Notes under the pieces: model-generated | The model's database searches: none | What the model saw: the letters and a program-made list of their open reading frames with translations, nothing else | Told to the model about the DNA's origin: nothing | In this document: piece after piece, positions 53,837 through 64,000 of the stretch | How the letters are laid out: every line of letters starts with the position of its first letter | How positions within the stretch are numbered: position 1 is the first letter of the stretch | DNA from: Eledone cirrhosa | Lineage: Eukaryota | Length of the DNA: 64,000 nt | Direction: 5' to 3' | NCBI GenBank assembly: GCA_964016885.1 | Contig: OZ024750.1 | Span: forward strand, 16,492,001 to 16,556,000 | Position numbers and translations under genes: made by a program

Positions 53837-55667
53837 AATGTACAAGCCATCCATTTCACCTGTAGACCTATAAAGAGAGAGACATCTAAAAAGAAATACA
53901 CAGTATATTGTTTAGTGTCTATATAATTGTTTCTACTTTTAACACAAAGCCAGAAATTACCCAGTGCATTACTGGTACTTTATTTTATCGACCCCGTAAG
54001 GATGAAAGGCAAAGTCAACCTCGGCGGGATTTGAACTCAGATCGTAAAGGGACGAATAATAATTGTTTCTACTTTAGGCACAAGGCCAGCAATTACCCAG
54101 TGCATTACTGGTACTTTATTTTATCGACCCCGTAAGGATGAAAGACAAAGTTAACCTCGGCCAGATTTGAACTCAGAATGGCAAGGGCTATAACTCTATG
54201 CATAAAAGCATAGTGTCCGACCCTCTACCAATACTGCCAATCCATGTGTTTATATAATGATGATGATGATCCATATGTGCTTCTGTCTGACTGTGTGTGT
54301 ATGTGTACCAAACGTACAAGCCAACCATTTCACCTGTAAACCTATAGAGAGAGACAGCTAAAAAGACCAGTCCAACCCATGCAAGGCTGGAAAGGCATTT
54401 GTAAAATGATGATGATGATGATGATAATGATGGTGATCCATGTTTGCATGTTGTCTACCTAACATACAAGTCCTCCATTTCACCTGTAGACCTATAAAGA
54501 GAGACAGCTAAAGAGAAATATACAGTATATTGTTTTGTGTCTATATTACTTTTCTTTTTCTTCTTCTAGTTACATATATGTTTGTTTGTTTCTTTCTTCC
54601 TTTGTTTGTATTTTTCTGTGTATAGTTTTTAAAGGAGGTTTAGTATATTTTCTATAAGTACAAACCTGGAATCAGAGCAGAGGAATAAAAGATAAAAAAG
54701 AACTTTGAACTTTCCAACATTTTGGCTGGGAACCAAATGATTAAAAATACAACCAGGAAGTCAGCATTGCAGTTTGAGAGAGAGGTGTAGGATAAAAATC
54801 ACACCCCTTTCCTTCTCTTAGCCACCAACCTATACACATGTATATATGCATGCATGTTTCTATACTTGTATATATGTATATATGTGTGTGTATATATATA
54901 TATATGTGTGTGTGTGTATATATATGTAATTACAAGTGTATCTCTCTCTCTCCATATATATATATATATAGTGAAAAAGTCTGGACGCTGGAAAACGTTC
55001 TCTACAGATCACGTTATATAAGGAAAAGTATAAAAAAAGATTTGAAAAGTACACCTGGTATATGTATATAAAGGATCTTTATAACATGTACCAAAATTGA
55101 TGTTAAAAATTGATGTTAGTAAATCCTGATTTCTCCATTTTGGATCATCAAAACATTTGTTATTAGGTTAAATTGGAAATGATGATCCAAAACAGAGAAA
55201 GCAGACTTTGCTAACATCAATTTTTGTACATGTTATAAAGATCCTTTATATATATATATATATATATACCAAGTGTGCTTCTCAAGCCCTTTTTAAAATC
55301 ATTTTCCTTATATATATATATATATAATTACATTCACAAACAAACACACCAATACCTCATTTTATGTTCCTTCTTCTGGCTTGACTGTCACTGCAATTTC
55401 CTGCTTAACTTTACACCTTCTTATAAAGAATCATTTACCTACAAGACAGAAAGCATTCTGCCAATCAACTATATATAGTTCAAGGAGACAACAAAGTGAG
55501 GTACAAAAAGTCTTATTAGTTTCACACTTTAAATTGAAAAGAGGAAAGAAAGTTCGATGTGTTGGGCTTAAACCCTTCTTTGGGGGATACAAAATAGAGA
55601 CAAAATCACAATTGAGAAACAAAAAACTTGAAAATGAAGATTGAATATATATATATATATATATATA

Positions 55668-55936
55668 TAAAATAAAGTTAAATAAAAGTCAAATGATTAA
55701 AATTTAGCTTCGTTTATGACTGCTATATATATTTCAGTGACAGCCATCTTTGGCTGTGACCTCTTCAGGCAGTTTGAATTAGTATGGTATAAACGAAGCT
55801 AAATTTTAATCATTTGACTTTTATTTAACTTTATTTTACACTACTCCGGAGTAACCAAACCAACCTGCGCACTTCGTCGAGTGCTCCAGCCTGCATAATG
55901 AGGTGTTGGTATACAACCAACATAAACTCAAAATCT
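55668..55936 (+). mobile_element. Fold-back Penelope-like remnant with an intact hammerhead in the loop
   Basis: Perfect 50-bp arms 55668-55717 and 55789-55838; tail actcc...gtcgagtgct; (TA)n on both sides. Confidence 0.7.
55719..55773 (-). ncRNA. Minimal type I hammerhead ribozyme
   Basis: Minus strand: acugc-CUGAAGA-ggucacagcca(aaga)uggcugucacu-GAAA-uauaua-UA/gcagu. Stem I is 5 bp, stem II pairs 10 of 11, stem III is palindromic. Confidence 0.85.
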
Positions 55937-58104
55937 ATATATATATATATATATATATGACTCGTATTTCAGAAAACCAGTGCAATGTGATTGAAATATA
56001 TAGATAAAGGGCAAAGAATGATAAATAAAACAAAATAAAGTAATGTTTTTACCCAGTAATTTTTCAACATAATATTTCAAAGCTATTAACCTCTTTTCAA
56101 ATGTTAAAACAAAAATGGTTTGAATCGTTTGTTTTGTTTTGCACCATTTTTGTTTTTACATTTGAAAAGAGTAATATAACCCTGAAATATGTTGAAATAT
56201 ACTGGGTAAAAAACATTACTTTGTTTTGTTTTATTTGTCATCCTTTTCCCATTATATATTTGTACCAGCTTTCTGAAATACTTATCAGTCATTTATTACA
56301 TATCTCATAATGCTTCATATTAGCTATATTACTATATTCACATATATATCAGTTTCAACACATGATCTCGGATCAAGTCTCTTGCTAAATAAGTAAAATG
56401 CTGAAATAAATATCCTTTGTTTGGTTTAATAATAAATTAATAAATATGCTTATATATATATATATATAATTTGTAGATTCATATCGTGCATATCATCATC
56501 ATCATCATCATCACAATGATGATGATGATGCTGATGATGATGATATGCACGATATGAATCTACAAATTTTTTGCAATGCTTCAAGAAAAATGGTCTCCCC
56601 TCCCCATAAAGAAAAGAAAATGTAATTTTATATATATTTATTTAAACTAAGTATTAGGCTATTTAGCCATGACTAAAGTTTCAAATATATAACCCATGCT
56701 AACATTGAAAAACGTATGTAAAATTATGTATGTATATACACATGCATATACTAATGTATACACACACACACATACATATGTACATGCATATATATATATT
56801 TAATATATATATATCGGTCAATGTATTTGATGAAACTTGAATGCATGGTCACATGATATTTATTCAAGGCGGGCCAACAATATTTTGTCGTCTGGTTTGT
56901 TTGAAATGATAAAATAAAATGTTTGGTCTAAAAGAAATGGGGTTAGATGACTGATTAAACTAACTATATTCCAAGTTGCACTTAAGCACATAGACGCCTA
57001 CTGCAATGAAATCTGGTAAAGAAAACCAAGCTGAGGTTGCAATCATAATACTGCTCCTACCCCACAAAAATGTCCTTGTATACCAAGATACTGTTGTCGT
57101 TGTTTAGCACATATACTCCATCTATGTGGACATTGAATGGCTAAATGGTTAAGAAGTTTGTTTAGCAATCTAGCAGTCATTAGGTCCTGGGTTCAATCTC
57201 ACAGTGTGGCATCTTAGACAAGTACCATTTACTATAGTCTCCAGGTTGATTTATGCCTTGTAAGGGTTATTGGGCTGGCAAAAACTATTTTATGTGTGTG
57301 TGTGTGTGTGGTGGGGTTTACCTAAGGTGTTTGTTTTGCAATCATGAGGTCGCCAGGTTGATTCTAATGCATGGCATCTTACACAAGTGTTAAGGGCTTC
57401 ATGTCCCTATCTTGTGAGTGAAGTTGGGTAGGCAGAAATTGTATGGAAGCCTGTTAAACAGACACCTGTAATTGAAAGGGACACCCTTGTTACACACAGT
57501 ATCATGCTGAAGTTATTAACCCTTTAGCATTTACATTACGCTATATATACTATTGTATTTTCATTGTAAAGTCTTTATCTTACATAATATTGAATCTATG
57601 AGATTTTGATATTATTTATTTTGAGAACAATACCTTAACATTGGTATGAGTGGCTGGTTACAGCCAGTTTGAACAGAAAGAGGTGAGAGAATTCTGTCTG
57701 GATACAGCCAGTTTAAATGCTACAGGGTTAAGAGTCTTTGGAATGCTCAGTCACTTACACGTTAGTTTTATAAGCAGACCATTTCATTGATTGAACAATT
57801 GGAACTATCATTGTCAAAAAATTGACAGAGATCCATTCCAATGTTTAGCCCTAAGCGGAAGCAGATTAAGCTTTCATATATAGCCATACAATCTAGCAAG
57901 GACCATAAGATCTTGTGAGAGTTTTATGGTCTTGTGAAGACCATACAATTGTGTAAAGTCTCTACAAGCATTGTATTATAGAGGTGTAGTCAGGCAATGA
58001 CAGAGGAACTCAATACTATTTGTCTATGAGAACTCCTGTATGCTTATAGTTGCCCTGCATTACTAGGGACAAAGAATGTAAAAGGGCAATTAGGGAAGCT
58101 TTGT

Positions 58105-60566
58105 ATCACTAGGTACCCACTATCTAAGTGGGAGCTGTGGTAGCCTTACATTACTAGATACACTCTATGTAAGTGGGAGCTATGGTAGCCCTATATTACT
58201 AGGTACACTCTATGTAAGTGGGAACTATGGTAGCCCTATATTACTAGGTACACTATGTAAGTAGGAGCTATGGTAGCCTTACATTACTAGGTACACTCTA
58301 TGTAAGTGGGAACTATGGTAGCCCTATATTACTAGGTACACTATGTAAGTGGGAACTATGGTAGCCCTATATTACTAGGTACACTATGTAAGTAGGAGCT
58401 ATGGTAGCCTTACATTACTAGGTACACTCTATGTAAGTGGGAACTATGGTAGCCCTATATTACTAGGTACACTATGTAAGTAGGAACTATGGTAGCCCTA
58501 TATTACTAGGTACACTCTATGTAAGTGGGAGCTATGGTAGACTTACATTACTAGGTACACTCTATGTAAGTGGGAGCTATGGTAGCCTTACATTACTAGA
58601 TACACTCTATGTAAGTGGGAGCTATGGTAGCCTTACATTACTAGATACACTCTATGTAAGTGGGAGCTAAGGTAGCCTTACATTACTAGGTACACTCTAT
58701 GTAAGTGGGAACTATGGTAGACCTATATTACTAGGTACACTCTATGTAAGTGGGAACTATGGTAGCCCTATATTACTAGGTACACTCTATGTAAGTGGGA
58801 GCTATGGTAGCCTTACATTACTAGGTACACTCTATGTAAGTGGGAGCTATGGTAGCCTTACATTACTAGGTACACTCTATGTAAGTGGGAACTATGGTAG
58901 CCTTATATTACTAGGTACACTCTATGTAAGTGGGAGCTATGGTAGCCTTACATTACTAGGTACACTCTATGTAAGTGGGAGCTATGGTAGCCTTACATTA
59001 CTAGGTACACTCTATGTAAGTGGGAGCTATGGTAGCCTTACATTACTAGGTACACTCTATGTAAGTGGGAACTATGGTAGCCTTATATTACTAGGTACAC
59101 TCTATGTAAGTGGGAGCTATGGTAGCCTTATATTACTAGGTACACTCTATGTAAGTGGGAGCTATGGTAGCCTTACATTACTAGGTACCCACTATGTAAG
59201 TGGGAGCTATGGTAGCCTTATATTACTAGGTACACTCTATGTAAGTGGGAGCTATGGTAGCCTTACATTACTAGGTACACTCTATGTAAGTGGGAGCTAT
59301 GGTAGCCTTACATTACTAGGTACACTCTATGTAAGTGGGAGCTATGGTAGCCTTACATTACTAGGTACACTCTATGTAAGTGGGAACTATGGTAGCCTTA
59401 TATTACTAGGTACACTCTATGTAAGTGGGAACTATGGTAGCCTTATATTACTAGGTACACTCTATGTAAGTGGGAGCTATGGTAGCCTTACATTACTAGG
59501 TACCCACTATGTAAGTGGGAGCTATGGTAGCCTTACATTACTAGGTACACTCTATGTAAGTGGGAACTATGGTAGACCTATATTATTAGATACACTATGT
59601 AAGTGGGAACTATGGTAGCCTTACATTACTAGGTACACTCTATGTAAGTGGGAACTATGGTAGACCTATATTACTAGGTACACTCTATGTAAGTCGGAGC
59701 TATGGTAGACCTATATTACTAGGTACACTCTATGTAAGTGGGAACTATGGTAGCCCTATATTACTAGGTACACTATGTAAGTGGGAACTATGGTAGCCTT
59801 ACATTACTAGGTACACTCTATGTAAGTAGGAACTATGGTAGCCCTATATTACTAGGTACACTCTATGTAAGTGGGAACTATGGTAGCCTTACATTACTAG
59901 GTACACTCTATGTAAGTGGGAGCTATGGTAGACCTATATTACTAGGTACACTATGTAAGTGGGAGCTATGGTAGACTTACATTACTAGATACACTCTATG
60001 TAAGTGGGAACTATGGTAGCCTTACATTACTAGATACACTATGTAAGTGGGAACTATGGTAGACCTATATTACTAGGTACACTCTATGTAAGTCGGAGCT
60101 ATGGTAGACCTATATTACTAGGTACACTCTATGTAAGTGGGAACTATGGTAGCCTTACATTACTAGGTACACTCTATGTAAGTGGGAGCTATGGTAGACC
60201 TATATTACTAGGTACACTATGTAAGTGGGAGCTATGGTAGCCCTATATTACTAGGCACACTCTATGTAAGTGGGAGCTATGGTAGCCCTATATTACTAGG
60301 TACACTCTATGTAAGTGGGAGCTATGGTAGCCCTATATTACTAGGTACACTCTATGTAAGTGGGAGCTATGGTAGCCTTACATTACTAGGTACACTCTAT
60401 GTAAGTGGGAACGATGGTAGCCTTACATTACTAGGTACACTCTATGTAAGTGGGAACTATGGTAGCCTTACATTACTAGGTACACTCTATGTAAGTGGGA
60501 ACTATGGTAGACCTATATTACTAGGTACACTCTATGTAAGTGGGAACTATGGTAGCCTTATATTAT
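58105..60566. repeat. 45-bp satellite (cattactaggtacactctatgtaagtgggagctatggtagcctta), about 55 copies
   Basis: Homogeneous array with 43-bp deletion variants and degenerate edges. Confidence 0.95.
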
Positions 60567-60999
60567 CAGTTACACACGAAGCAGGCATTTATGATAGCCC
60601 TGTATTCCGAGGTACAAACTATGTATGGTATTCCTGTTTTACAAGGAACAGACTATGTAAGAGCAAACAATTGCAGCCCACTATAACTAGGCAGAAAGTA
60701 TTATGCCATTGCTATAATCCTGTGGGATTTCCCACTTTAAAGGTAATATAATCAACATTTATAATTTACTGTATGATAGCAGAGTTATAGAAGTAGAAAC
60801 ATTGGAAGGGTTTTCTATATAAGTCATCAATTCTAATTGTACATATGTATATATATTTATGTATGTATGTATGTATATTTATGTATGTATATATATTTAT
60901 GTATCTTTATGTGTGTATATATATTTATGTATATTTATCTATGTATATATATTTATGTATATTTATCTATGTATACATATTTATGTATATTTATCTATG

Positions 61000-61052
<53 letters not shown>

Positions 61053-61064
61053 TTATATATAAAC

Positions 61065-61130
<66 letters not shown>

Positions 61131-61219
61131 TTATATATAAACCTGTGTATATATATATATGTATATATGCAAGTATATATATACAAGTATATATATATAT
61201 ATACATATATATATAGAAG

Positions 61220-61253
<34 letters not shown>

Positions 61254-61592
61254 TATATAGAAGTATATATATATATATATATACATACATATATATATAG
61301 AAGTATATATATATATATATATACATATATATAGAAGTATATATATATACACATATATATGTATATATATATATAGAAGTATATATATATATATATATAT
61401 ACATATATAGAAGTATATATATATATATATATATACATATATAGAAGTATATATATATATATATATATATACATATAGAAGTATATATATATATATATAT
61501 ATATATACAAGTATATATATATATATATATATATACAAGTATATATATATATATATATATACAAGTATATATATATATATATATATATACAA

Positions 61593-61627
<35 letters not shown>

Positions 61628-61820
61628 AGTATATATATATATATATATATATATACATAAATATATATATACTTGTATATATACACACATACCAATTCAC
61701 ATAATATCTGAAACATCCACTATTAGGTATACTCCAGCAAGAAAAACAAACAAACCAACAGCTACAACTTCTACAACAATAACAACTACTACTAAATAAC
61801 TTTGCTTACTCATATGCTTA

Positions 61821-61853
<33 letters not shown>

Positions 61854-63395
61854 GTGTGTGTATGTATATATATATATATATGTGTGTGTGTATCTGTATA
61901 TATATATATATGTGTGTGTGTATATGTATATATATGTGTGTGTGTATATATATATATATATTTGTGTGTATATATATCTATATGTATATATATTATACTC
62001 CTTATTACACATGTATATATATATATATGCATGTATATATATACATATGTATATATATTATACTCCTTATTACATATGTATATATATATATGTATGCATG
62101 TATATATATACATATGTATATATATTATACTCCTTATTACATATGTATATATATATATGTATGCATGTATATATGTATGCATGTATATATATATATGTAT
62201 GCATGTATATATATGTATGCATGTATATATACATATATATGTATATATATATATGTGTGTATATATATATGTGTGTATATATATATGTGTGTATATATAT
62301 ATATGTATATATATATATGTGTGTATATATATATGTGTGTGTATATATATATGCCTCCTCTTTCTCTATTTATCATTCTTTACCTTACCCCCTTCAATGT
62401 ACCCATTCCTCACCCCCTCCCTCCCTCCATCTCTCTATCTCTCTAACTCTTTCTATCTACCCCCCCCCCCCTCCATCTATCTATCTATCTATCTATCTCT
62501 CTATCTCAAGTGCTAGTCCCCTCTGTGCAGGCGACCCTATATATGGAATACATACCTTACCAGAAATGTGAGAGGCAGACTAGAAAATCCCCTAAATAAA
62601 TATGTGATAGATACTGAATGTGTTTGTGGCAGAGACGTATGATAATAGTGGTGGTGGTGGTGGTGGTGGTGTTGTGGTGGTGGTGGTGGTGGTGGTGGTG
62701 GTGGTGGTGGTGTTGTTGTGGTGGTGGTGATGGTGTTGTTGTTGTGGTGGTGGTGGTGGTGGTGGTGTTGTGGTGGTGGTGGTGGTGGTGTTGTGGTGGT
62801 GGTGATGGTGTTGTTGTTGTGGTGGTGGTGGTGGTGGTGGTGTTGTTGTGGTGGTGGTAGTGGTAGTGGTGGTGTGGTGGTGATGGTGTTGTTGTTGTGG
62901 TGGTAGTGGTGGTAGTGGTAGTGGTGGTGTGGTGGTGGTAGTAGTGGTGGTGTAGTGGTAGTAGTAGTAGTGGTGGTGATGGTGTTGTTGTGGTGGTGTG
63001 GTGGTGGTAGTAGTGGTGGTGTAGTGGTAGTAGTAGTAGTGGTGGTGATGGTGTTGTTGTGGTGGTGGTGGTGGTGGTGTGGTGTTAGTAGTGGTGGTGT
63101 GGAGGTGGTGGCGGTGGTGATGATGGTGGTGGTGGTGGTGTGATGGTGTTGGTGGTAGGGATGTTGATGGTGGCGGTGGTAGTGGTGGTGGTGATGGTGG
63201 TAGTGGTGGTGGTGGTGGTAGTGGTGGTGGAGGTGATGCTGTCGTGGTGGTTGTGTGGTATTGAGACATGGAGGGAGTAAAGAGAGAGGTGGAAGAAGAA
63301 AAAGAGACGAGAGAAAGATTAGTTAAAAGTGATAAGAGACCATGAGGGGGGAACTTCAGTTTATAGTAGAAAGAGAACTTGAGAACTGGAGGTAA

Positions 63396-64000
63396 TGGTG
63401 GAGTTTAGAGACCCTCTTACATGACATCGTCGGAATAGGTAGTGGTGGTGGTGGAGTTTAGAGTACCTTGTACAGGACCTCGTTGGATTGGGTGGTGGTG
63501 GAGTTTAGAGTGCCTTGTACAGGACCTCGTTGGATTGGGTGGTGGTGGAGTTTAGAGTGCCTTGTACATGACATCGTTGGATTGGGTGTTGGTGGAGTTT
63601 AGAGTGCCTTGTACATGACATCGTTGGATTGGGTGGTGGTGGAGTTTAGAGTACCTTGTACAGGACCTCGTTGGATTGGGTGGTGGTGGAGTTTAGAGTA
63701 CCTTGTACAGGACCTCGTTGGATTGGGTGGTGGTGGAGTTTAGAGTGCCTTGTACAGGACATCGTTGGATTGGGTGTTGGTGGAGTTTAGAGTGCCTTGT
63801 ACATGACATCGTTGGATTGGGTGTTGGTGGAGTTTAGAGTGCCTTGTACATGACATCGTTAGATTGGGTGGTGGTGGAGTTTAGAGTACCTCGTACAGGA
63901 CATCGTTGGATTGGGTGGTGGTGGAGTTTAAAGTACCTCGTACATGACATCGTTGGATTGGGTGGTGGTGGAGTTTAGAGTACCTCGTACATGACATCGT
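63396..64000. repeat. 47-bp minisatellite (ggagtttagagtgccttgtacatgacatcgttggattgggtggtggt), runs off the window end
   Basis: About 13 tandem copies. Confidence 0.9.

Noticed and set aside
53780-54550. Duplicated ~130-bp segments flanking SINEs (also a ~95-bp pair at 40015-40200)
   Set aside because: Short diverged local duplications with no coding or structural signal that I could support.
60837-62571. [12 protein letters not shown] ORFs (also at 6848-7453, 15581-16169 and many others)
   Set aside because: Dinucleotide microsatellite artefacts.

Overview
AT-rich, microsatellite-saturated animal genomic DNA. The repeat landscape (tRNA-derived SINEs, RTE tails, TTAA MITEs, dense (TA)n/(CA)n/(GGT)n) strongly resembles an Octopus/coleoid genome; this is an inference. 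There is one convincing coding feature: a 909-nt first coding exon of a rapsyn (RAPSN) homologue on the minus strand (31449-30541). It ends at a GT donor in the same position as a vertebrate intron and carries three loop insertions; I found no downstream exon in the window. Almost all other ORFs in the track are repeat artefacts. The most notable hidden signal is about seven near-complete and several partial minimal type I hammerhead ribozymes with palindromic stem III. Most sit in short fold-back elements inserted in (TA)n tracts and share a 3' tail motif ACTY-Nn-GAGTRC(T), which fits Penelope-like element pLTR remnants or retrozymes. All RNA structures were folded by eye and coordinates of repeats are approximate.
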